The notes beneath the pieces are model-generated. The model was given only the letters and a program-made list of their open reading frames with translations. It did no database searches and was not told the DNA's origin. The translations under genes were made by a program, and so were the position numbers. A stretch of DNA of 54,710 nucleotides from Kudoa neothunni (Eukaryota; Animalia; Cnidaria), in assembly GCA_964304625.1 (NCBI GenBank), contig OZ199839.1:4032314-4087023 (forward strand), read 5' to 3'. Positions 1 to 12,690 of the stretch are shown one piece after another; the stretch's first letter is position 1, and each line of letters starts with the position of its first letter.

Positions 1-653
1 TAATGGTCTCGAATGTGAATAATCTCTTGTGACACACCCACCATTTGCGCTAAAATTCCGCGGGAATTTCCGATCATAGCTGAAGTTTGCACGGATACTG
101 TAATTTAGCCAAAAAATCTATATATGTTTCATAAATAACGAATTCGTGGAGAACGTTAGAGTTACATTGATTGAAGCGTTATAATGGAAATACTGCATTC
201 ATAGGTTTCATTAACTTGTCCGCTATGTTCTACTTTACGTGATTAAATTAAATGCGGATGGTTGTACTTTTATTTCACCAAATTATTTAAATTGTTTATG
301 ATAAAAGCGCATGTATGTTTATACCGAGCCACGAGATTTTTAAATGGACGCAGGGGGTGATACTTTCCTTTACAGAAATTATCATAATTTAAATTGCATA
401 ATCCAAATCGTTATAGCAAGTTGCTTAAAAATTTTTAGTTATTTTGTTTCTTTCTTAGTTATTAACTCAAAAGTTATTTATTATTACTATTTAGATTTTT
501 TACTATTGATATATAACAATTTTGTATAAACTAACTTTGAAAATATACTTGTTGCGAATTTCACAAAAATATCTCATTTTTCACTTTAATAGAATACTTT
601 GTGAACTTCTAAATATAGATATTAATGTAGTAAGATTTGTTTTAGTTTATGAT

Positions 654-731
654 TGTAGCGCGAGAGAAACACCAGTCTCAATTCTACAATAATCCGCCGT
701 GCGTACCCATCGCTGACGTGGCTTCGCCACA
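654..731 (-). repeat. 3' LTR (78 bp)
   Basis: Minus strand reads TGTGGCGAAGCC...GCGCTACA; identical to 4555-4632; preceded by the polypurine tract. Confidence 0.96.
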
Positions 732-735
732 TATG

Positions 736-750
736 CCCCCCTTTTATTTT
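736..750 (-). other. Polypurine tract (AAAATAAAAGGGGGG) containing AATAAA
   Basis: Purine run ending 4 nt before the 3' LTR on the coding strand. Confidence 0.85.
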
Positions 751-751
751 G

Positions 752-3451
752 TTATATATAATAATCATTTAGCCACTTGGGTGCTTTAGAAATGCGGCAG
801 CTGCGCTTCTTAACTCTTGCGTCTGGGTCCATATACGGAAGGGTATTGTTCTGATGTGTTTTCCTTACATTTCCATTATCATCATAGGTCATAGTGGTAC
901 CATTTTTGGACAGTACTTTGAAGGGGCCTAAGAAACGTTTTGACAAGGCGCTTTTACCTGACTGACTTTTAGTTAAAATTAGATTTGGCGTTTTCTCTTT
1001 TGCGATTGTTTTCCTATCATAACCACTTTTTTGTTTGCGTTGCGCTTTTCGAATATTGGAATGCGTCATTCTCATCATTTTCCTCATTGAATTTTGTAGT
1101 TCTATGGCATAGGTTTCATACTTTTGGCTGTATTTATTCTCTAGAGGTTGGAGAAAGGTATCTGTGATTGAGCTTAGGTTTCTCCCGTACGTGAGCATGG
1201 CTGGAGTGTAAGCAGTACTGGCGCTAACGGTATTACGAAGTGTAAACAAGCATAATGGAAGAGCATCGTCCCATTGAAGAGATTTGGAATTGCACATTAT
1301 TCTTATTTTTTCTTTGAGGCTTTTCACGTATCTCTCAGCCAATCCATTCCCTTCTGGGTGATATGGGGTGGAACTAGTATGAGAAATACCTAATCTTCTG
1401 CAGGTCGCGTTAAACAACTCAGATTCGAATTGGGTGCCACAATCCGTATGAATTGACTTGGGTATACCGTGGCGTGTCACAACCAAATTCAACAACTCTT
1501 TTGTAGTGGAGAGGGCGGACATATTGGGTAAGGCAGCAGCTTCCAGCCATTTTGTGAATCTATCAACAAAAATAAGTATGTATTTATTACCTGAGCTAGA
1601 TTCAGGGAAGGGTCCAATGAAATCTGCATGCCAATCGGTAGCAGGACCGTTGCATCTTATCGGCGTCAGTGGTTGCTTTTTCTCATTCATCCCATATTTG
1701 TTTTGCTTACAGGTTAAGCAGTTACCAACAAACGCCTTAACATCATCGGTGAGTGTTAACCAAAAAAAATTCCGTCTGATCCTTTCTTCTGTGTTCCGCT
1801 GACCACCATGGATAGTGTCTTCCTCATGAATTTTCCTAATGATCGGAATTTGAAGTTCCTTTGGCAATACCAGTAGCTTTCCACGTCGAGAATTGTGATA
1901 TAACACGTCATTTTCCACCTCTAATTTCGCAATACGGTGATACAATTTATTGGGTTTATTCACTTTTTGATTGGCGTTGCCGTCTTTCCTGAGGAAAGAT
2001 TTGATTTCCAGCACATCCGAATCCCGATTCTGAGCTTCCACAAAATGTTCGTTTGAAGTTAATAATGAAACGGAGTTGACGCTCCTGGAAATGGCATCCG
2101 CAATCACATTATCGTCTCCTGGTAAGTATTTTATGTCGTAATCGAATTCTTCTAATTCTAGAAGCCAGCGGCTTCGTCTTCCACGAGTGTCTTTAATTTT
2201 CAAGATGTTTGCTAAGGGGTTGTGATCCGTCCAAAATGTAAACTTTTTACCAAGAAGGTAATGTCTGAACTTTCGAACTGCTACCAACATCGCCATGAGT
2301 TCTTTGTCAGTAGTGCAGTAGTTCCTCTGTGCATTATTAAATTTTTTACTTGTGTAGGCTATGACATTTTTCTTATTTCCATGATTTTGATATAATACAG
2401 CACCAATTCCAGCATTAGACGCGTCACATTCCACAACAAATGGTAGTTTGGGATTTGGGAACGATAGTGTTTGTGTATTTCTTATCTCTTGTTTTAATTT
2501 AGTAAAGCTATGCTGGGCGTCTGCAGTCCATTGAAACCTATCATTTTGGTTCGATAGCTTGAAGAGTGGTGAGGCGATGGCTGCCATATCTTTGGTAAAT
2601 TTATGTAGGAAGTTGCATGTGCCTAGAAACATTCTTAATTCCTTTGCTGAAGTGGGAGATTTCCAATCCATTATCGTTTTGACTTTTTCGGGATCTGGTG
2701 AAATACCATCGGGTGACACGATAAATCCAAGGAATTTAATTTCCTTGCTACCAAACACACATTTTTCTTTGTTCATTTTCAAGTTGTTTTCACGTAGTAT
2801 GGTGAATACCTGTTTGAGGTGATTTAGGTGTTCTTCGCGTGACGTGGAATATATGATTATATCGTCGAGATATACTAATACAAAAGGTAATTCTCCTAAG
2901 AGAGCATCCATCATCCTTTGGAAGGTTGCGGGTGCGTTCACCAAACCAAACGGCATTTTGTTGTATTCATATAGCCCAAAGCCAGGACCCAACGTGAACG
3001 CAGTTTTCTTCTTGTCTTCTCCTGCCAATGGGATTTGCCAGTAACCTGATTGTAAATCAATCGATGAAAAGTATTTTGCGCCATTCAGGTTGTCTAGGCA
3101 TTCCTCAATTAGCGGCAGAGGATATTCGTCCTTTATTGTCAGTTCGTTTACCCGACGTAGATCAATACAAAATCTATACGAACCATTTTTCTTTTTTGTG
3201 AATACCACTGGAGACCTCCAAGGGCTCATCGACGGTCTTATCACACCTGCTTGTAATTGCTCGTTCAATAATTTCCGCACTTCCGTTTGTAAGTGTAACG
3301 GAACTCTGTATGCTCTTGACACGACAGGTGTAGAGTCTTTCAATTGGATCTTATGCACAAACCCTTTCGCTTCGCCCAGTTCAAGGTTAGAGTTTGCGAA
3401 AGTGTCGCAAAATTCGTCCAATAGTTGATCGATGGAAACAATTTTATCCAC
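752..3451 (-). CDS. pol: Pol: reverse transcriptase, RNase H, integrase
   Basis: RT motifs (YRFCIDLRRVN, MPFGLVNAPATFQ, YLDD); RNase H (CDAS, TDH); integrase HHCC zinc finger and DDE core (DFIGP, TDCGTQF, NGLAER); GPF motif. No ATG of its own at the 5' end; probably the continuation of gag-PR. Confidence 0.95.
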   Translation of the reverse strand: MDKIVSIDQLLDEFCDTFANSNLELGEAKGFVHKIQLKDSTPVVSRAYRVPLHLQTEVRKLLNEQLQAGVIRPSMSPWRSPVVFTKKKNGSYRFCIDLRRVNELTIKDEYPLPLIEECLDNLNGAKYFSSIDLQSGYWQIPLAGEDKKKTAFTLGPGFGLYEYNKMPFGLVNAPATFQRMMDALLGELPFVLVYLDDIIIYSTSREEHLNHLKQVFTILRENNLKMNKEKCVFGSKEIKFLGFIVSPDGISPDPEKVKTIMDWKSPTSAKELRMFLGTCNFLHKFTKDMAAIASPLFKLSNQNDRFQWTADAQHSFTKLKQEIRNTQTLSFPNPKLPFVVECDASNAGIGAVLYQNHGNKKNVIAYTSKKFNNAQRNYCTTDKELMAMLVAVRKFRHYLLGKKFTFWTDHNPLANILKIKDTRGRRSRWLLELEEFDYDIKYLPGDDNVIADAISRSVNSVSLLTSNEHFVEAQNRDSDVLEIKSFLRKDGNANQKVNKPNKLYHRIAKLEVENDVLYHNSRRGKLLVLPKELQIPIIRKIHEEDTIHGGQRNTEERIRRNFFWLTLTDDVKAFVGNCLTCKQNKYGMNEKKQPLTPIRCNGPATDWHADFIGPFPESSSGNKYILIFVDRFTKWLEAAALPNMSALSTTKELLNLVVTRHGIPKSIHTDCGTQFESELFNATCRRLGISHTSSTPYHPEGNGLAERYVKSLKEKIRIMCNSKSLQWDDALPLCLFTLRNTVSASTAYTPAMLTYGRNLSSITDTFLQPLENKYSQKYETYAIELQNSMRKMMRMTHSNIRKAQRKQKSGYDRKTIAKEKTPNLILTKSQSGKSALSKRFLGPFKVLSKNGTTMTYDDNGNVRKTHQNNTLPYMDPDARVKKRSCRISKAPKWLNDYYI

Positions 3452-3459
3452 AGTTTCAA

Positions 3460-4554
3460 TTATTTAATGTGTCCACTCATTGGCGACAACTTAAAGTGTT
3501 TGGACAATGTTTCGCGACCAATGATTGCATTATGGGCGAGGCTTTTTGTCACATTAGCCCAAACTTTTACTTCGCGGCCACCCACGTTGATGTACATTTC
3601 AGTTATTCCGGTAGTTTCGAGATTGGAGCCATTGGCAGTAGTGAACTTCTTTTGCCCAAATACCACATTTTCATGCCTTACCAGATTTTGATTTACAAAG
3701 TTACAGCAAGCGCCCGTGTCGATCAATGCCTCAAATGTGATGAAATTACCAGGAATGCGCGCTTTTGTAAAAAAACAAGAATAATGATCTCGACTCTCAC
3801 TCACAACACTATGAATTTTTTTAAATTTGTAACAGATTCTCTGAAGGTGTCCTCGCTGACCACATTTATTGCAGATAGCGGTTCCTCTACATGTCGTCGC
3901 AGTGTGTTTTGTGCCTCCACATTTGGTGCAACCGTATTTTGTGTAGTTAGATAGGCTTTTTGTATTGTTCACAGTTGTTCTTGCCGAGATAGATGCTAAC
4001 TCATCAGCATGGCGGTCTGTAATATCTAGTGGTTGGGTATTGTTCAAGAATGATTGGGTTTTTTCAATTAGTTGGAAAATATCAGCGCTATCCACCAGTT
4101 TAAGATATGCTCGGGTCTGTTTAGGAACGCATTCATATATTTTCGGTTTTATGAAAAATTCGGCATCATCAACCGTGGCATTTGGTCTTGCGGCTCTGAA
4201 CAAGTGGAGGATTCGTTGATAGAAATCTAGCACACTTTCATTTAGTTTAATGGAAGCACGGCTGAATTCATCAAAGTAGGCTTCTTTCGATTTTAATCTG
4301 CTAGCGTAGGATTTGACGTTATTGTTCAATATCAACAGCATTTGGCTGTAGTCCGTAATGGTAATGTCGACTCCAGTAGGTGGTTTTAGTGTTTCTCTTG
4401 AGTGACGTGGCAACGCGAGTAATGTTGCGGCATAAAGTTGTCTCTCATTCCAACCTTTGGCAATCGCATAGAGTTGTAATTCCTCCAATTGTTGGTCAAT
4501 GTTCCCATCAAAGTTTATTTTTAGAGGTACTTCGTTGTTTACCTCTGACACCAT
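3460..4554 (-). CDS. gag: Gag (two CX2CX4HX4C knuckles) fused to aspartic protease
   Basis: CTKCGGTKHTATTC and CNKCGQRGHLQRIC knuckles; protease motifs ALIDTGA and IIGRE. Confidence 0.92.
   Translation of the reverse strand: MVSEVNNEVPLKINFDGNIDQQLEELQLYAIAKGWNERQLYAATLLALPRHSRETLKPPTGVDITITDYSQMLLILNNNVKSYASRLKSKEAYFDEFSRASIKLNESVLDFYQRILHLFRAARPNATVDDAEFFIKPKIYECVPKQTRAYLKLVDSADIFQLIEKTQSFLNNTQPLDITDRHADELASISARTTVNNTKSLSNYTKYGCTKCGGTKHTATTCRGTAICNKCGQRGHLQRICYKFKKIHSVVSESRDHYSCFFTKARIPGNFITFEALIDTGACCNFVNQNLVRHENVVFGQKKFTTANGSNLETTGITEMYINVGGREVKVWANVTKSLAHNAIIGRETLSKHFKLSPMSGHIK
4544..4553 (-). other. Primer-binding site TGGTGTCAGA (probably tRNA-Leu)
   Basis: Starts 1 nt after the 5' LTR; complementary to the ...UCUGACACCA 3' end typical of eukaryotic tRNA-Leu(CAA). 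Confidence 0.8.
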
Positions 4555-4632
4555 TGTAGCGCGAGAGAAACACCAGTCTCAATTCTACAATAATCCGCCG
4601 TGCGTACCCATCGCTGACGTGGCTTCGCCACA
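4555..4632 (-). repeat. 5' LTR (78 bp)
   Basis: Identical to 654-731; flanked by TSD ATGAT. Confidence 0.96.
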
Positions 4633-6605
4633 ATGATTTTTGTTATTAAGTTTTTGGTTAAAAATTAAGAAATTATTTAGTTTTTATTATTAAAATTCAG
4701 GAACTTAATTTTTATAAATGATTATATTTATTTTGTTGCTTCGAAGTATGTGCAAAACATTGGAAACAAAAATTTAAACCTATATTTTTACTGTTTTATA
4801 AGTTTTTTTATAAGCCCAGATTTCCTAACGAACGATTCGGCTAAATATACACATTGAGAATATTACAAAATGTAAACACAATATGTTAACCAGGGGATTA
4901 TTTTTACCTGTACACATATAATTGACTCAAACTAATAATTTTATAGGAATAACAATTTGTTCGTTTTTAGTTTTTTTATAACTACATTTTTCGTTTATCG
5001 AATGTTATATTAAACACGTAAGAATTACTCCTAAAAAGTAATAACTTCCTATAATCTGCCTTAAGTGATTTCCCCATTGAAATTAAATGTTGATTAATTA
5101 TTGAAAAAACTCATCAGCTCCAAGAAAATTAAGGAAATATATTTGGAGAGCACGTGATTGTCTTCTCGCCTTTAAACTATTCATGCTTAAAACCTATATA
5201 ATTAAAATTGATATTATATAATTTGTGTTTATACGGTGAATAATACGAGATAGAACCAATTTGTGAATAATTATCAGAGAAAATTAGAGATCAATTCAAT
5301 TTTTGTTGAAAAAAGATGGAGATTACACATATATCCGACTGCGTTCGAGTGAAAAATTCTTTTGTTTTATTATCAAGAATAGTGAAAAAAGAAATGCGAT
5401 AAAACATGCGCAGGGGGACGTTTTATGTGCCGCATACTCTACAATTACCTGATATTTTATTGACAGGCCTAATGAATATTGCAAATCTAATATGTTTTTT
5501 GTACTGTTCAATAGTAAAATGTGTAAAGATTTATAAAAATGTAAGAATAATTTTAAAGAGCCAATTTAAAGATATCTTGATACATTTTAATGTAATTTGA
5601 CACATTATTCTTCATTATACACTGGTTTTAAAAAACGAAATTATATTAGTATCAGGCAACCCTAGTCTTCAGTTTTATTTTGATTATTTTTTGAGGAAAA
5701 AAAATTCAATTTATTAGGGAAAGAAACAAAACGTAGGAGATCAATTGGATTAATTATCGCTAATCAATAGCGGCAATCTTCTGAGATTTTGGTCGTTATT
5801 TTTATACACATGTAATGTTTAAATGAAATATATTTTTTAATATTTCACTAAAATTAATATTCATATAATAAATAATTGAGGTTATGAATATTTATAATTG
5901 CATGCAATCAAAATATAATATTTTATTATAAATTTAAAAAACAGATAAAAATTTTTTATATAAACGGAAGCCAATTTTTAGAGGTATGATCAAAAAGACG
6001 TATCTTGGGGTCTCAGTAGACCTCTTTTGGTCCCGTAAAAGTTAAGAAAAATTTGTATGCCAGTCAATGCATGTTGGGTCGGATAGAGATAATTGACGGG
6101 CCGTAATTTGTCGACTCCCGTTCTAGAATTTCTTTTCTATATGTGTTCGAATTCTGAAGTTGCATTGTGTTAACTTTTAAGTTAAATTTTCACCTTTTAA
6201 AACATAAAAATAGAACAGTTACTAATGATTACTTCTTATCGCAGGCTGAATAAAGAATGTCACACCACTCCATTAATTTATTTTTTTCATTGCGTTCACG
6301 TTTTTACGAAGTTTAATAAAAAAAGCAACAGCGATAAGAGACAGCAGACGGTGCATCACCACCCGATTGTTCAGTGATACTCCAACTACACATTTACGGC
6401 TTAGAATACACTCAATTAATCCCATTCGTTAAATAAACATGTAAAGTTGCAAGTTAGCTCATTTCAATAAAGTCAACCATCAATAAAAATCGTAGAACAA
6501 CAATATTACTCATTAAAGAATAAAAAACTACGTCGCACGTACAAAAAATGAAAATGATCTATTATAACATTTATCAACACAGTGAGAGAGCTGGACGACA
6601 TCATG

Positions 6606-7855
6606 CTATCGAAGCAAGGAAGAAACTTGTTGACATGTCTTGGCATCCAAATGTGTTGGAAATTGTATATTGAATTTTACAATCAACTTTCCACGAATTG
6701 TAGGATTTTTAGGGAGAGGTAGACCTTCGTTACTGATCTCGAATGTGGTATTTGGGTTGATTACAGGAGGGACACGAATATTTTTAGTGGTGCCCTCAAT
6801 CAAACGAATAGTTATAACATTTTCGACGAAACATTTGTGAAGAGGTATATTGTAGGTGTAGATGAGATTGTTATGGCTGTCTCTAGTGTAATGTTCATCC
6901 GGTTTATCTTCAATAATGAATACGATATCAGCTGGCTGTCTCCCAGGATACTAAAAAATACACATACATATCGAATGAACAATCCATTTTTAATTGAAAA
7001 TACTTTATCACCAAGGCCACTGTAGGTTATTTTGGTTCCTTTTTTCCAACCCTTTTTCACCTCGATTGAAATTTGTTTAACTTCCTTATTGCTCGAACCA
7101 TCGGACGAGTATATATTCCGCGTGATATTTAATTTTTTAGTAGCACCATTAAGTAGTTCCAAATAGGATACTAACAACGGCTTTTCAATATTTGGATCCT
7201 TCTTCTCGGGATTGGTTCCACTGTGTGGTGAACCATTGAATGATCCTCCAAATTGACTGAAGCCAGCATTAGGGAAACCACCCCCTAGAATGAAACAATT
7301 GTCAGTTGAAAAATAATCTACGTTAAACAATAGTAATTATACCAGCACTTCTAAAACCAGATCTTGAATCATGACTAAATCCTGATTTGGCAGATTTTCG
7401 TCCACCTCCAAAAAGCACTACATCCAAATCAAACATCAACATCATACACGCTCAATATTTAAAAAATTACTATCGAAATCTGGATCACCACTAAAAGCTC
7501 TACTAAATATATTGTCTGCATTTTCGAAGAAGAAAGGATGACCACCTGAAGTGGTGAAAAAGTAAGTTTTTCCATCTCCGCTTGGGAATCCACCGGCACC
7601 TCCAGCACGACCCTGTGGATTAGGAGCTCCTCCACCTGTAAGACCCTCTTCACCAACCATATCATACACTTTTTTCTTCTCAGGATCTGTCAAAACATCA
7701 TATGCAAAGGAAATATCTTTGAATTTATCCACTGCATTGGGGTCTTTGTTCTTATCTGGGTGGTACTTTAATGCAAGCTTTTTGTAGGCTTTTTTAATAA
7801 CTTCAGGTGTAGCATTTCTATCAACACCTAAAATATTGTATATGTCTCTACCCAT
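6606..7855 (-). CDS. Class II DnaJ/Hsp40 (DNAJB1/4/5-like), 4 exons
   Basis: J domain with HPD, G/F-rich region, C-terminal substrate-binding domain ([31 protein letters not shown]). Exons approx. 7855-7471, 7417-7343, 7284-7004, 6950-6606, all GT-AG. Confidence 0.93.
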
Positions 7856-7905
7856 TTCGCATCAAGATCGGGCTGTGCGCGGACAATTTACCATTAATAC
7901 TTGAT

Positions 7906-7925
7906 AGAATATACTAGAACATTCT
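7906..7925. promoter_or_regulatory. Heat-shock element upstream of the DnaJ gene
   Basis: Four alternating pentamers aGAAt-aTaCt-aGAAc-aTTCt (one mismatch), 50 bp upstream of the ATG. Confidence 0.75.
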
Positions 7926-9284
7926 GAGCCTGTCATCGGACCCACCAACATAATTTGGATTTAGCATGAAGTGTTGAGCTCTTTCACCTGGAATTGGATA
8001 AAATCATATATTAACTTCATGTTGACTTGATTTAAGGTAAATTGTGCATAAACCAATCACAGGTTGTGTTTCTTAAATCAAAAAAAGAGCATTGTAATCA
8101 TTTTTCGAGAGTGATTCTATTGTAATACTTCATTAAATGATAGCTTCTAAACCAGCTTGGGGTCGCAAAATGTACATTATATTGCTCGGTGGATAATTAT
8201 ATGTTTATCATATCGGAAATTAACATGCGTCGTGGAATGCATCTGCGGTGTTTAAAAAATTGAAGCTTGAATTACGAGCTTCAATCTTAAAACATGCTAT
8301 GATTAGGTCTGTTGACACATGCCATCACTCAGCATCAATACCATGAACGTAAAATTCTTGCTGAAGAAAATAACTTTTTATTTGTTTAACATCGATTAAA
8401 ATGAATCTGGATAGTAAAAATATCACCTAGGGACTAATTTTGGAAATAAATCACTCCAATGAAATTTTATGTTTATACACACTTTATATAAAAATCATTT
8501 TTTATTCGGTTCGATTCGACTACATTCGGCAAATGCTTTACTAATAAGTTGTTATTATTACAACAATAATGCTCAGCTATATTTAGTTTCAACTGTATTT
8601 AACTACCTCAAGAGTGCTCATAAGTGTAGCGGTGGGTGGGTCTAAAATAGCCATAAAAATTTGTTTTATTAATCCATTCATGCTTAAACTTTTTTGTTTG
8701 CAGTCTGAATATAATATATTACATAAAAATGTTAAGTTATTGTGAAGTATGAGCAACGCGAATAGAAACAATATTTGAAACTCCAACGTGATACCAGTAC
8801 TAATAATAATCCTAATCCCTGCCCGCGCTATCTATTAGCCATAACAGTTATAACCACGTAAAAATTCCACACTATCTTTAGAATGTATTAAAAAGTTATC
8901 TTATAAGTGTAAATAATGGCTTGATCTAATCAATATGCTTACATCGATCAATTTTTTGGTACATGCCCGCCATTTTTAGTGTCAACTTCTTCTTCTCAAA
9001 ACTATTCCATAACTAACAATATTGAAAGCTAAAGCTTTAAACAGAAGTACAATAGATTGGGTTTTAAATTATAAATTATTTTTAATGATTAGATATATTA
9101 TATAATTACAAACAATGGTTATAATTATTTATTAAATAGTGCACAACAGTAATCCCTATAAACTTTTTTACATTAATTTCCCAGCTTTTGAAATATATAA
9201 AGAAATATTTTTAAATTATTAAAATTTATGCCTTATCATGGCACTATTTCAAATTTTGTTAACACGGATTCTAATGTTATAATT

Positions 9285-9738
9285 AGGCTTTACTGTTTTC
9301 GACGTTCATTTTTAATCCAAGAATGCACAAAAAATCAAATAAAACAGGTTTCAAAATCCAAATCTGTTAAACAAATAATTAATTAACTATTTAAATATAA
9401 GCTTGATAGCTTTCGTGAATGATCCGGTGACAGTTTCCCTCTATCTACAGTCAACATAAGATTTTGTTTTGAGAAATTTAGTTTAAATGCTATCTAAAAA
9501 AGTGGAATTGATGTCAAATCTAAAGAAAATTTTGCAAGATTTAAAAATAATATTTTCATCTAAGCTCTCCAAATTAGTCAATATGGCAAAGAACTGTCAA
9601 TTTTCGTGCGCTTTCTATCCCTTTCAATTAAAAATCCGCGAGCGAACATGACGGAAAAATAAACGTCGAAACTTTTATAAAAATTTTCCCATTAAAATCG
9701 ACGAAAATCGACTTTAATCAAAAATAGTAATGCCTAGT
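9285..9738 (+). mobile_element. Degenerate dispersed repeat (MITE-like), related in reverse orientation to 34639-35109
   Basis: Blocks such as GTTTTCGACGTTCATTTT and GACGAAAATC recur in inverted order at 34.6-35.1 kb; no clear TSD. Confidence 0.45.
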
Positions 9739-10518
9739 TATAACTCACCAAAGTTATTTTTATTTTGTTTTTGTGCATTTAAAAGTTAAATGAACATTAG
9801 ACACGCCTGAGTTAAAAGCGTGTATCGCCTTTAATTGTTTGAACGATGTTGGTGTACATATTGATTTATTAAACGGTTGATACACCTTTCAATCCCTCTA
9901 TAAATTTTACTTTCACACAACGCTTAGTTAACTTAAAAAAATATTCCATAGTAATGAAACAAAGAAAGTGGCTGCAAACACGATAAATAATATCACAGTG
10001 AATGTATTTATAACTATATTTATTTATTTCTGACTCACCTCTGTCATTCTTTGTGGAAAACAATGATTAAGTACGGTCAAAACTACACTCACTAGGATAT
10101 GTTTACCGTGCCATTATCTGTTTTCCAATCCAAATAAGAACGACGTGCCATATAGTGAGTATACCGTCCTACTTGAGAATAAAAACCAATATAACCTGAA
10201 TATTTCAATAATTAGCGCTATCTTATTATTTTACGAATAACTTACTAAACATCAAATAATAACTTTAAAATATGTATTAAACAAAAAGCGAATATTTTTC
10301 TGCTCAACTATCAATAAATTAATTTCTAAAAAACGATGAACTAGTTTACTGAATGTCGATTGGAATTTAATTACGTGGACAAAAAACCGGCGTGGGAGTC
10401 ATTGTCTCAATTTAAGAAACGCGCTAAAATTAAATAACTCAACATTGAAAAAATTTCAGGTAACTAACAAAAGCAGCTTTCCAGCCGCATCAATAGCAGT
10501 AATAGTAGATTTATTAGG

Positions 10519-12368
<1,850 letters not shown>

Positions 12369-12690
12369 TTTGTTCAGTCAACTCTTGCGCATACTAATGA
12401 CGCAGACATTAATTTTAATTTAATACAGATGTATTTTTCCTATCTCACCTAGAAATATATTATTATTTAGTCCAAAGTTTAATTCTACATGAACTAAAAG
12501 TTATATTTTTAGTTTATTTCAATTTAAATTGTTGGAAATATTTTTATATTAATGTCATAATTAATGTTATAATTAATTTTTGTAAGATAAATAATATTTT
12601 CTATATTAGATAATGTAGAACTCATTAATGTAGAATAAAACTGATCTAACATTCAATATGCGTGCGCCGGCATTGTTGAGAAATCCAATC

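Larger units (their letters stand above)
654..4632 (-). mobile_element. Full-length Ty3/gypsy LTR retrotransposon (Mag-like), 3,979 bp
   Basis: Two identical 78-bp TG...CA direct repeats (654-731, 4555-4632); 5-bp TSD ATGAT (649-653, 4633-4637); PBS and PPT present; domain order gag(2xCCHC)-PR-RT-RNaseH-IN. Confidence 0.97.

Noticed and set aside
985-4219. Plus-strand ORFs overlapping the retrotransposon
   Set aside because: Antisense shadows of gag/pol with no recognisable motifs.
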